From NCBI GenBank assembly GCA_002104945.1, contig MCFH01000051.1, positions 62,001 to 126,000 of the forward strand: DNA of 64,000 nt. Direction: 5' to 3'. The first letter of the stretch is position 1; each line of letters opens with the position of its first letter. Both the position numbers and the translations under genes were made by a program. The notes under the pieces were generated by a model, which saw only the letters and a program-made list of their open reading frames with translations, was not told the DNA's origin and ran no database searches. Below are positions 42,201 to 56,363 of this stretch, in pieces. The stretch comes from Piromyces finnis finn. Taxonomy: Eukaryota > Fungi > Neocallimastigomycota.

Positions 42201-45200
42201 TTAAAGGTCTGTATTTATATATATACCTTCCAATGGTTTGCCTTTCATCACTTTTCAAACACCAGATTTCTTTTTTAAATTGTTGCAAAATTTCATCTTC
42301 ATTAGTAATTAATTGTTCCCACTGTTTAAAGAATTCAGCATGTTTTTTGGTTAAAAAAAAAGTTTCTTTTTCTAATATTGAGTATACATTATTAGGATTA
42401 TCATCACTTTTATCATAAAGCTTTTTTAAAGGTATACAAATATATAAAATAAAAAATAATATTGAATAAAAATTAATATTAGCTATTATTTTTGATAAAT
42501 TAATTGAGATATTAAATTTAAATATAATTAAATTAATTATCTAAATTTATATTAATTATATAACTACCTTATGATATAATGAACAAGTTTGTAACTTATA
42601 ACAATTTCTACACTTATATTCCGAATTTTGAATTGGCGGCGGTAAAGAATCATTAATCATAACATGATAAGCTATTCTATTTCGATTCATAATAATTGAT
42701 CGAATTTCATTTCTTAATACTGGAATATAAATTAATCTTTCTTTCTTTAAATAATACAATAGTCCAGTAAGTACATTAATATCTAATAAAAATGTGATTT
42801 GTTAAAAAAAATAATAATAATAAAATACTATCATTAATAAATAATCATTAAATTAATTAAAAACCAATACTTATTACATTCTTAACTAAAGTATTTAATA
42901 TTTATTATATTTAAGTAATATTTTTTATTATTCTATACCATATCTATCAGACATTAATAAAGTATATATAATAGTTTGAGCACGATGATTTATATTATCA
43001 GAATTATGACCTGTTTTTAATTCTAAAGGAACAACATACGCTTTTTCATTACTATTATTATTGGTTACTTTAATTTGAACAGAGGCATCAATTTTTCCTT
43101 TTAATCCATACATTGGAGACCATATATTCTCTTCAATATCAAACAACTTATTTATACACATTCTTTTGGATGTACGTTCATTTGATGTTCGTAAAAATGC
43201 ATCAGACTAATATATTAAATAATTGTATTGGTAATAATAATGTTTTTTTAAAAATAAATAAAATATATTTTATCATTTAATTATAATTGCATATAAATTA
43301 TTAATCAATTAATAATTTATAATAATAGAATATAAAAAAGTTTTTATATTAATAAAATAAATAAATATATTATTATAAAGACTAAATATTTAATATTCTA
43401 CCTTTGGATGACTTGAAACATAGGTTGAAGCCCATGTTTGATATTTAGGTATCATTTCCTTCAAAGTAGTATATGCTGTATCCTCAGTTTCATCAATACA
43501 ATATAATTTCTCAATATTTTTAGAAATTAACTTTGTAACTGATTTATCTAAAAACTCAGTTGTAAAGTTATTATTTTGAAATGCAATTTGTAATAATTCA
43601 TGAAGAATAATACCATAAACAAGGTTACTGTTCATTTCATCTGAATGAACACGATTATCCAAAACAGGTTTTCTAATACATCTATATCCACTTGATGCAA
43701 TAGTTACAGATAGCAAAACATCTGGATTGACAATAATTATATTCTTATCATTCGTAATATAACAACGATGTGAGTTTTCATCAAATTCGCCAATAATATT
43801 TACATAATTTCCTTAATATTTTCAATATGCAATGAATAAAAAAATTTTTTAAGCTTAATAATAAATTCTATTTCATAATTATATATAAAGGTTATTTAAT
43901 ATTAAATTACCTGGGCTAACATTTGTATTATACCACTCATCACAAAGAATAGCATAACTTTCATAAGAATAATTATCTTTATCATATAATCTTAATTCCT
44001 ATTAAGTGATATTAATATAAATATTTAAATTATTAAAAAAAAACAAGTTAATTAAAATCTTTAAGTTAATTATTAGTTTTATATATTTTATATATTTATT
44101 TACCTTTCTATCGTTCTTAATTAAAACTTCAATAACTAAAAATCTAAAATATTTTTTCTATTGTTTTAAAATTGTATAATATATTAAATATTAATTTATA
44201 TTAATTTAAATATAATATTTTATTTAATTATTTATTAAAATTATTGATCTATATACCTTCTTAATATTTTCATCATCATCATCTTTATCGTTTAAGATAT
44301 TATTCTGAAGTAAATCACTCTTTGGATTTCCTGTTTGAGATAATGGATTATTAACATTATCATATTTTGAAACAATCTCACTTATTTCTTCATTAAAAAT
44401 ATTAATATCGAAGAATCCAAATTCATCATCAAAATCATCATTCTTTTTACAATAATTTTCCTGTTTTATATCAGTCTTCATATCATTATTAATTATATCA
44501 TCTTTATTACTATTCTTATTTATATTGTTTTCATTGCTTTTATTTTTATCTCCACTGCTAAATAAAATTGATGATCCTAATGATTCATTTTTATTTTCAC
44601 TTAATTCCACTTTTACTTTTTTATTGTTAAAAACATTTTTTATTGATGATGCTGATAATAATTCATTATTTACTCCTATAATATCATTATTTGCATTATG
44701 TTGTGATTTTATATTTTTATTATTTTCTTCTTCTTCATTTATATTAAATCCTTTATAATTTAATTTATTATTATACTCATAGGATTCATAGGATCTTTCT
44801 TTTCCTTTATTAACTTTATTAATTCTAGAAATATCCATTAAATTCTCATTATTCGTATTATTATTTATCTTACTATTTTCTTTATTACTTGAGTTAGAAA
44901 GTTCGTTATTATTGCTATTATTACTATTATTGATATTATTATTTGATTCTAATTTTAAAATATCAAGAACTTTATTTTCTTGATTTTTATATATCGTATA
45001 ATCAATCATATTTATATTTTTACCATCCTTTGTATCGTTTTTACTAGTATCAATATCTTTATATTTTCTTTTTCCAAGTATAGAATCATCAGAAAATATT
45101 GTATTATTTAATTGTTCAAAATTTATATTTGTTTTATTAAAAGGTATCTTTTCGAAATTTAATAATGTATTATATTTTGGTATCCTTATATTTTTTTTAT

Positions 45201-46060
45201 TTATTTCTGCCTCTGGACTATGATAAAGATTTGGTTCAGACTTAATTCTTTCTTTTTTCTGTATACTAGAATTCGAATTATGTAATAAATTATTATTACT
45301 TTCGGTATCATTATTATAAATAAAAATATTTTTATTTTTATCTATAAAATTATTGCTCCTGTCCTTTTTAAATAATAAAGAATTTTCGATATCTAGCATA
45401 CTCCCCTTTTTACTAAAAATGTCTTTTTTCAAATATTTTCCCTTAAATCCATTATTCCAATGATTTAATTTTGATTTTTTATTTATTGGTGAAAACAAAG
45501 AATCTAAACAATGAGAATGTTTGTGGAATGATGGAGAATTTAAATTTGAAGAATTACTATTTACTGAAATTTCATTTGTCCATATATTGGATATTGAATT
45601 TTGGCTTAAAATCTTTATTTTATAAATAAGATGATAATAAACACTGACATTTAATAAATTTAACATTAGAAAATTAGAAAATAATAAAGAAATTAACTTA
45701 ATACCTTTTCTCTCTGATTTTCATTGCTATCATTGTTATTGTTTAAACCTTCTGTTTTTCTTATTAATTTCACAATATTTGATATTTCTGTTTCAGGCTT
45801 TATAGTTGATTCTTTTTATAAAAATTTAAAACAGGAGGAGTAAATAAAATAAAATTTTATAAAATTAAATATATTATAACACACAAATATATAGTAAAAT
45901 ACATACTTCCAGAATTCAATTTTGCATATTTTAACTTTTCTATTGGAGGCGAAGTAAACCAAACTATTTTATCTTCTTCTGTTTTCTGAGGTGTTTTCTC
46001 ATTGCTTATTGGTGAAGATTTATTTGACTGTAAATTATCATTTTTTTTTATTCCATTCAT
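39233..46060 (-). CDS. DNA2: DNA replication ATP-dependent helicase/nuclease Dna2, about 17 exons
   Basis: Asn-rich N-terminus, then [18 protein letters not shown], Fe-S cysteines (RCIRKPVL; [11 protein letters not shown]), nuclease [31 protein letters not shown], and SF1 helicase [66 protein letters not shown]. All junctions I checked are GT-AG and in phase. Confidence 0.95.
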
Positions 46061-47813
46061 CTTTTTTTCTTCTTTTTCAATATAAATTTATAAAAAAAAA
46101 AAAAAAAATCACTATAATACTGTAATTTAAACTATTATTAAATAATTAAATGAAAACTAATAAATTTATATACATATATAAAAATATTAAAAACTTAAGA
46201 ATTTAAATAATTAATAATAATTATATTATTAATAATAACAATAAATTTTATAAAAAGAAGGGAAAAAGTTACAAATATACATTCAAATATCATTCAATAA
46301 TTTTAATTTCTAATTTAATTATAATACAAATATTTTATCTATTATTCAAATTAAAGCAATAAAAAAAAAATAAAAAAAAAAAGTATGTGTTACACAATTA
46401 TTCAAAAAAGAAAAACTAAAATATTGTCCATATTTAATTTAAAATCTTATAAAAAAAAAACTAATTTAATATTAAACTATTTCAATTATTAAAAAAAGGG
46501 ATATTAAATATTAAATAATAAGTAAAATTTCAACAATAAATATATAACCTAACCTTATATATAATTTTATTATTTTTGTATTTTTTAAGGATATTTTCAA
46601 AATATTAATTTGTGACAATACTATAATAAGCATCAATCATGTATTTCTTTTAAAATGTAATATTATTTTTTTCCTAAAACCAAAATATAATTTGAAAAAG
46701 ATATTTTAAGTTGTACAACATAGTTTATAATGTAATGATTATTGATATATATATTTTATTATAAAATAAAACAATTTAATATTTTTATATCGAAATATAT
46801 ATATATAATTAGTATATATAAAATTTATTAAATTAACAGAAATAGTCATCTTTTTAATATTCAAAAAAAAAAAAAAAAAATACAAATAAATAATACATTG
46901 ATGACACTATAAGTAAAAAAGGAATAAACATATTAAAATATATTAAAATACATATATGTATTAAAATATTAAGATAAAGAATTTCGAATTGAAATGTTTA
47001 TTTATTGTAATGAAATAAATTTCCTAAATAAAAGATTAATGAATTTATAATTATTTTATCCTTGAATACATAATTAAATTATAAATATTATGGTTTTATA
47101 TTTATTTTTTTTTTTTTTTTGCATATAAGAATTTACTATAATCCTATTTTATATTATATATTATAAATAATATCATATAATAATGTTTTATATTTTAAAA
47201 AGAAAAAAGTATTGTAATTTATTATAAATACCAATACTATTAAAAAAAACTTTATTTATATTTTATCAACAATAAACATTAAAAACAAAAAAAAATTTAA
47301 AGTTTTGTTTTTATAATTTTCCTTACTTAATTTTATTTATTATTTAGATATGAAAATTAACCTTTTTATAGTAAACATACTTATAAATAGTTTATCAATT
47401 TAGAAATAATAAAATAGAAAAAAGAAAAACATAAAAGTTTAAATAAAAAAATTATATTATATATTTGCTATAAATACTACATATAATTTGTACATTTCAT
47501 ATAATTACATAATCATATTTTTATCTTACACACTTTATTTATAGTTTATTTTATTTGTTTAAAAAAAAATTAGTTTAAACATTTTAGTAATATTTATTCT
47601 TATGCTTTTTTTTCCTACTAATAAATTTTATTTATATATAACTTAATATATATTGTTTATTTTATCGTTTATATTTTATTTCTTTTTTCCACTTTTTTTT
47701 TTTTTTTCTTTATTATTTAAATATCTTTTATATTTTTATATTATTAACATTTTTTTTATATAGTATTACTTTTTTTATTATTCAAAAAAGATATTTTAAA
47801 TATTTTATTTTAA

Positions 47814-50151
47814 ATGAAATTAATATTAATTACATCACTTTTATTAACTATAGCAAATGCTATGGTAATTAGTAAAAGAAAAAATGAAATTGAAATTGAA
47901 AATAAAGATAGCAATGAAATATTAGCAACTCCAACTATAGGTGTACCAACTAAAACTAAAGTTAAAAGAGCAAAGACTACTGAATATCATGAATTTCAAA
48001 ATATAACAATTTTTGAAGAAGGATGGACTGAATGGGACCAGGATTGGTTTGAATCATCATGGACAGTTCCAGAAGGAGAAAAGGTCTTTGACGGTGTAAT
48101 CAAGGTTGAATTAACAAATAACGCTGGTTTTTCATTACAAAGTAAAACATTACAATCACAATATGGTTTCCTTAGTTTTGATTATAAACTCTCAGCTAAT
48201 GATGGTCTAACTAGATTAAATTTCATTTCATTTGATGAAGGTGACTATGTTAATCAAGGAAACTATATTTATACAAGCAATGATTATGAACATGTTGTTC
48301 AAGAAATTAAGAATCACAATAAAAATACATTTATTTCAAGTATTAAAAGATTTGCCTGGCAAAATTATGGTAACGAAAAAGATTTCACATTATATTTAAA
48401 AAATATTGTCTATAGAGATATTAAAATTGAAATTAAGAAATATAATAAAGCTATTCCAATTATTGATAATGAAGTTTGTAATTTATCTCCTCATTGGACT
48501 GATATTTCAGAATCCCAAGATAGAACTTCATTTGAAGTAGTCGATGGTAAATGTGTTATGAAAATTACTTCATCATTAGAAAATCCAGCATTATTCGAAC
48601 TTAAAAATAGAAAATTTACTGGTGGTAAATTAGAAATTGAAGTTAGATCAGAAGTTGATGGTTCCATTTTAACTTGGTATGCTTTGAACTCTGAAAACTT
48701 TGATATTGATGAAATCGAGAACGCTTCCTATTCAATGACAGTAAGTAAGAAATAAATTGCCTCTTTTATAAACTAAACAAAAGTTATTAATTTTTTTTTT
48801 AAATTATTTAATATTAATCAATTAATTATCATAATATATTCATTAAATATTTTATAATTTAAAATATATTACACATTAAATTAAATATAATAATAATAAA
48901 TATTATTAAGAATGAATATCAATCTTTCGATAGTGAAGATTTTGAAACTGAAGATGAATATAATACTCTTAAGATTGCTTCAGTCGAAGGCGAAGTTACT
49001 TATGAAGTTATAAAATTCAATTTCTACCCAATTACCATTGATGAAAATATTCCATTATATGATGTTACTCCACTTGAAGAACCAGATGTTATTCTTGATA
49101 GCGAAGGTTTACATTGGCAAGATGCTAGTTGGGGTAGTACCTCCTGTGAATTCCAAACCCTTAGTAGTGCTATGGAATGTTCTTTTGAAGGTAAGCAAGG
49201 TTCATGGCCAGGTTTTGGTTTCTTAACTCAAAATGATTATAATGGTGGTACACTTCTTATTAATATGAAGGTTCAAAATCCAGACCAAAATATTAATATT
49301 TTATCTTTTGATCGTACTGAAAAGTATTACAACGTTAATTCTTTCAAGGCTACTACTGAATATGCTTATTATGCAATTGCAATTCCATCTGTTGAAACTT
49401 CTCCAACTTACAAGTTTGCTATTCAAGAAGCTTCTCAACAAGATAACACTTACTACATTAGAAGTATTGTTTACTACCCTCCAAACATCCCACTTCCAGG
49501 TGAAGATGAAGCTACAACTAAAAAAACTACTACTAAAACAAAAACTACAAAGACTTCTCAACCAACAATTACTGAACCAGTTTTACCTGAAAAGGTATTT
49601 ACTTTATATAAAATTTAATAAATTTAATAAATTCTAAATAAAAACTTTTAATGATTATAATAATAAATTTAAAAAATAATAATAGACTGAAGAAGAAAAC
49701 TTCGAGGATTTAGGTTACCAAGGTTGTCCACCATCTACCAAGATTGCTTATGCTGATAGCACTGGTATTTATGGTTTAGCTGAAAACAATGAATGGTGTG
49801 CTATACTTGAAAAAAATATTGATAAGGTATATATTTTATACATTGTTTTTCAATAATGAAATATATATATATTTATATACAAAAAATTAAATAAATATTA
49901 TTATACTTTAGTGTTGGTCTATTTTATATGGTTACAAATGTTGTTCTGAAAATGCCACTATCGATGGTGCTTGGGGAATGGAATCTGATGGTACTAAATG
50001 TGGTAATCCATCAACCGATGCTTGTTGGGCTAATGAAATTGATAGTTCCTATAAATGTTGTACCAGAAATCAATCTACAAAAGGTATTGTTCTTGTTGAT
50101 GAATCTGGTGCTTGGGGTGTAATGGATGACAACTGGTGTGGTATTATATAA
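47814..50151 (+). CDS. Secreted non-catalytic cellulosome-type protein: three CBM29-like modules, Thr/Lys linker, three fungal dockerins (CBM10-like), ~663 aa, 4 exons
   Basis: Exons 47814-48740, 48911-49594, 49686-49826, 49912-50151. Signal peptide MKLILITSLLLTIANA. Three ~140-aa modules with a Trp-rich start, GG.L..(N/E)(M/V)(K/R) and a terminal (L/I)(K/R).IVY. Dockerins CWSILYGYKCC..GAWG and CW..YKCC..VDESGAWGVMDDNWCGI. The dockerin call is strong; the CBM29 call is from recalled similarity. Confidence 0.82.
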
Positions 50152-50386
50152 GCTAAAGACTAGATAAAAATCATAACATATGATTTAAAAAACTTTATAG
50201 TAAGAAAAACAAAATCTTAACAAAAAAATAATGTAAATAATCTCTTTGTAAAAATGTTGTATATTATAAAATAAATTTATTCATTAAACATAATTTTATA
50301 AATGTATTTAATAAGTCATTAAATAAATAAACTTATTATAATAATAAATTATTAATAATATAATCTTTTATATTTAAATGTGTTTT

Positions 50387-50387
50387 T

Positions 50388-50458
<71 letters not shown>
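50387..50458. repeat. (TTTA)n microsatellite between convergent 3' ends
   Basis: About 18 perfect TTTA units, seen directly. Confidence 0.93.
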
Positions 50459-50488
50459 TAATCATTAATACAAAAAAAACATTAAATA

Positions 50489-50526
<38 letters not shown>

Positions 50527-50684
50527 AGTAAATAATAAAATCACTACTAAAATAATGAATATATATTTATTTCATAATATAATAAATTAAGGCTATAATA
50601 GTAATTAAAAAAAAAAAAAAAAAAAAAAAAAAGGAAAAAAAGAAAGAAAATAAATAATTATATAATTGACATTACACAAAATTA

Positions 50685-53600
50685 TTAGTTTATACTTTCT
50701 GGGAATAAAGTTAGTTTAATAATAGTATGTAAGTCATCCAAACCAACTCGAGCATTATATCTAATCAATTTATCTGTATCTACAGCTTCTATATAAGATA
50801 AAGTTGTTTCAATTCTTTTTAAAGTTTTTGTTGGTATTGTTTGAATGGTATTTGATGTTCCTAAACCACGTAAAAGAGAAACAATGATACCAACAGCACC
50901 TAAATAATATTAATTAGTATTATTATTATTATGTTTATTATTTAAATAATAAAATAAAATATAAATTGATAGCAAATAAATATATTACCTCTTCTTGATG
51001 TAGTTACTTTATCTAAAGCCAATAAATCAAGTACATACTCTGTAATTCTTGAAAAATATCTTGTTAAAGATAAAGGACAAGTTTCACATATCATAGATAA
51101 TAAAGAGAGTGCACTATTACGCATTTCTGGTGAATCATCATGTAATACGATAAATATATCTGGAACAATAATATCAACTATTATGATTGATATAGTATTT
51201 TTTTTTTTTTTTTTTTCATTTTTATCAATAAAAATTATTAATTCATATTTAATATAAAAATATTTCAATAATCTAATATTTAAAATTATTTATTTTTTAT
51301 CATTACCATATTTTCCAAATGTATCACCAGCTCTTTGAATAGTTTGTAATAACGCTTCACCAAGACGAAGTCTATAATCCATTTGATTTTGATTACCATT
51401 ATTTGGTTTTTTATATATCTTTAAAATTTCAGGTATAACTTTAAATGGGTGAATATCTGTCAAAGCAGATAAACCTTTAACAGCATTTAAATAAATAAAA
51501 CTATAATTACAGTGTAAATAAAGTATATGTAAATAAATTTTTATTAATATAATACATTTATCAAAAGAAAAAGAAAGAAAAAAAAAAAAAAAAAAAAAAA
51601 ACAATAATAATAATAATAATAATAATAATAAGATATATATTACCTATCCTGATCTTCAATTTGATTTAAAAATATTTTTATTATATCATCTAAATTTTCA
51701 TTAGCAACTTCATTCCTTTTTAGAATCATATTTCTTAATTGTGTCATACCATGTGCACGAACAGGTAATAATTCATCAGCCATATCTTTCATAGCTTGCT
51801 TAAATTGTTCTTCTGAATCTTTACGCTGTTTAGTCACTGTTTTGAATGTTTTGAAATTAAATGAACATTATTAGTTTTTTAAAACACTAAATTAGAGAAA
51901 ATAGGAAAATAAATAAATAAAAATAAAAAATAAAAATCTACCAGTTTTTCCATTATTCAAACTAGAATTAATTTTTTTTTGTGCAATAATCATAGTTCTT
52001 AAATCTTTTGAAACTTCTCTGATTTCTTTAACTTCATGGGTATTTAAAGTTTGTAAGATAGCCATTATTTCATCCAAAATATCTGGATTACTTAAAGTTG
52101 GACATTCTAAAATGATTTAATAAATATAAATAAACAGTCTTAAATATTTTTAATTTGAAATAATTATAACATTACCAACAAGTGTAGTTTCTAATAAACT
52201 AAGAGCAATTGTCAATGATTCAACATCATTCTCTTCACCAACTAGCATATTTTTAACAAAACTTAAAATATCATCAGGTTTTTTAATAATTGAATGGCCT
52301 ATTTTTTCAATAATTTTCATAATAACTTGAATTGTAGTCATTATTCTTTAATATATATATATATATATTAATAAAAAATTGTTTGCAAATGTTAATTATC
52401 TATATAAAATAATATATATGAGTTATATACTTCATATTTTCATTCGATGATGAGTCTTTATCAATATCGTCACGATTAAATTTCCATTCAAATAATAATT
52501 GCAAAAACAAACTACTAATTAAATCAGCATTATCAATTAATTTTAAAAATTCAACATATATATCTGGATTTATAGAAACCTTAATGCTGTATTTAAATAT
52601 TTAAATAAAAAATATTAATAAATAATTGCAGAGCTTTTGATAGAACTATTATAGTAAATGAAATATTTAAATTATATGATAGTTGAATATTTACTTTGGA
52701 TCGTCAATGGATTTTAAAACAATACCACCTGTTGGACCAGGTGCAAACATTTTATCTTGTAAAGTATTCTCATAGTAATATAATAATGTTTTCAAAAGAG
52801 TAATAGAAAGTTCAGGTTTGACAATTCGGAAATATACAGAAAGAATATCATAAACATCAGTTTTTAAATTTGATCCATTTTGACTAGCTAGTTCATAAAT
52901 GAAATATAATGGTATTACAGCTGATTTAAGTATAAATTATTATAACGATTATTAACAGTATTAATATATTCAAATATATATTGATTCAAAAGGGTAGAAA
53001 AAATAAATAAATATAAGACTTTAATAATAATAATATATATGAATTATACTAATAATTTAAGGAATTTAATTAATTATATATGATTATTTCATACCTCCAG
53101 AAAGCATATTCATTAATTCAATACAAGGTTCGTTACCAATTAATAATAAATGAATAGCCATAATAGCATTTTTTATTTCACTTTCAGACTTAATAATATT
53201 ACTATCAATATCATCTAAGCTTTATTATATTTAATAATTAAAATTAAAATTTCTTTCAATAACTCTAAATATATTTAATTAAGTATTAAAAAGTAATTAG
53301 ATAATAAGAATAATTACTTTTCCGAAATTTGTTTATTCATTTGTTTTTTAGCGTCAATACTAGAAAATTCTGTTAAAGGTATAATGATTTTATCAATTAA
53401 ATACTTCTTTATAAAAGAAGGATATTTTTGAATTAATTTAACAGATATAAATGCTGATGCTTTAACAATAGACGGATGAATGCTACTCTCATTTAACAGA
53501 ATTTCAAAAATTTGATTACTAATAACAGAACAATAATCCTTTATAATAAAAACAATAATTAAATAAAATTTACAACTTAATATACATATATTATAGTAAG

Positions 53601-55286
53601 AATATAACATAATACATATTGATATAAAAATTACTTCAACTGAACTAGCTTGCCATGGAACTGTTGTAACTAATCTTGCCATTTTTTCCAATGCATTGAT
53701 ACTTGGTAATTCTATTTAAAAAAATATATATATTATTAATGATGAAATTAAATAATCAAGAAATTTGATTTTATGTTAGTATTATGTCTAATAACAAATA
53801 CAAACCATCATCAACAGTAGTTGGTTGGATCATAAATTCTAATAACTTTCTTAAACCATTTGATCTCAATAAAGTTTTTGATAAATATCTTCCACAAATA
53901 ACTTTTAACCATAATGGAGATTGATTAATACTTGATCCTAAAAGAAGAGTTAATGCTTGAATTGAATAATATGGATCAATTCTTTTTTATGGGAATATAT
54001 TTATTATATAATATATTATATCAGATTTAATTATTCATTCACTTTAAAATATATAACTTTATAAAAAAAAAATTTAAAAAATAAAAATTAAACATATTAA
54101 AATATAAAGTGCTTACTTTATATATATATTATTAAACATTTGAATACTTTTTTCTTTATATATTATACGATCATTATTTTGATTAATAGAAAGTTTTTCC
54201 ATAGATGAAGCTAAATTTGCTGGAGTTATAGGATGGTTTAAATTTGAAGCTGAAATTTGACCCGGTGTGGTTGGTGTAATAACTGGACCTGAAATCTCAG
54301 GTTTTTGATTTATTTGCTCATTTTTATTTATAGGCTTTCCCAAAGGAGCATAACCTAATTGTAATAATCCGGAATACAAATCCGGAATATACTTTTGGAG
54401 AATTATAGATTGAACAGTAGTAGCATTAAGGTAACCAGTAAAATTCTCCATGATATCGTTAAAACATTGACAAATGTTATATATTTTTTTCCAATCTTTT
54501 TCTTGACTTTTATTAATAATTTCTTCTATAATGATTATATTATTTTATAAAAATAATAAGTTATATATCTTTTTCTAAAATAGCTTTCATTTAAATTAAA
54601 TATAGATATATAATACCTTGATTTTTTAAAATATTAGAATTAACTCTTTTTCCTAAAGAAATACCAACACCTTTCATTAATGATGGATATAAACCCCAAC
54701 ATATAATAGTTTCAATCAACATGTGGACATTTTTTAAATCTTTAACACCGAAAATTTCGTTTTCTAATTTATCTTTAAATTTAAAGATTATTTTTTAGTA
54801 ATTTTAAATTATCAACAAATATATAAAATGCATTCATTTATTTATTTTATGTCTTAATTACTTATAAAAAGAGCTAACCTTTGTGATATCTTTCATAAAA
54901 AGTAGTATGAATCAAATGAAGTACTTCTAATCCATATTTTACATATAACCAATAACAACTAGTATCTTTAACTTCTAATTTAGGAACAAATAATTGACCT
55001 TTAAAAGTTTCAGTTATTTTGTTATCTTCTCTGTATTTAAGAAACCCATTTATTCTATCTTGTAACTTTGTTGACAAGTCTCTTTTATCATTTTTATCTT
55101 TTTCTTTATGAATATTTAAAATAATAATAAAATATATATGTAATATAAGTAATTTTCAATACATTAATTATAAATTTTAAAAAAATAAAAATAAAAACTA
55201 TCAGTAATAAAACCTTCTGTTAAACCTAGGAGAACATTTAATTGACTAATAGCTAAGTCGATTTTAAGATCTAATTCTTTAGTCAT
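50685..55286 (-). CDS. RTP1: Rtp1/TANGO6-like HEAT/ARM-repeat RNA polymerase II assembly/import factor, more than a dozen exons
   Basis: Spliced motifs YPSLMKGVGISLGKR, MFAPGP, DELLPVRAHGMTQL, QIEDQD.FIYLNAVKGLSAL, DYRLRLGEALLQTIQRAG, LHDDSPEMRNSALSLL, RRAVGIIVSLLRG; these match the RTP1_C1/C2 region as I recall it. Stop at 50685-50687. Confidence 0.85.
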
Positions 55287-56363
55287 TATATAATTATTAT
55301 ATTATAATGTATTATTTATATTAATAAAAATTGAAAAAGGAAGAAAAAAATTGTACAATTATTTATGTTATATGAATTTGAATTTTCTATTTATAATTAA
55401 AAAAAAAATAAAAATGATAAAGGAAATAAAATAGATAAATATAAAAAAAAGGTTTCAGTTAGATTATAATTTTTAAATATAATATTTTATTTTTAAAATA
55501 ATTTCAAAAAATCATGGGATATAGAATTTATTATTTATATTTAATTTCAATTATGCACAATTAAATTAATAAATTAAAAAAAAAAAAAAAATGGAAAAAA
55601 GGAAAAAAGAAAGAAAAAGAAAGAAAGAAAAAAAGTAATAGTCATAATAATATGTTGAGTTTTAATAATCTCGAGAATTTATTAATGTTTTTTAATTTAA
55701 TTATTAATAAAATTCTTTAATATTTCAATCTTTTTATAATTATTATAATATAAGATGATACATACAATATATAATGTTATAATAATTTACAATTGTTTTT
55801 AATTAGTAATAACGCATTTGCTTTTAAAATTAGATAAGATTATATTTACAAATATACGATTTTTAAATAAGAAAATATATTTTTTATTGTTAAAACGAAG
55901 AACTTTAAGTTACACAAATAAAATTAATTTTTTCTTCACATTTTCCAATCATTCATAAATTATCTTTCATAATTTTTCCCTTTTTTATATATAAAGAAAT
56001 TAAAAAGATTTCTTTAAATTGAAGAAGTTTATCTTTTAAGCATAAAATAAGGTAAAAATATTAGTAGGTGAAATAATAGTAGTAGTAATAATAATAAACA
56101 ATATTTGAAAGTATTTATTTATGTATATATAATGATGAAATAGGAATAATATAAGCATTAAATTATTTTTAAAATTTTTTAAACGTTTTAAAAAAAAAAG
56201 ATTAGAAATTATAAAGTTTAAAATTATATAATTATTGTATTTATTGAAAACATCGATTTTTTTTTTTTTTTTTTTTTTTTTTTATACTATTATATATAAT
56301 AATAATTAATATATTAATATAAATATTAAAAATATATAAATAAATAAATAAGAAGTTATCCTT

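Noticed and set aside
44224-45666. 480-aa Asn-rich ORF as a separate gene
   Set aside because: It splices in phase upstream (acceptor ~45613) and downstream (donor ~44256) into DNA2, so it is the disordered Dna2 N-terminus.
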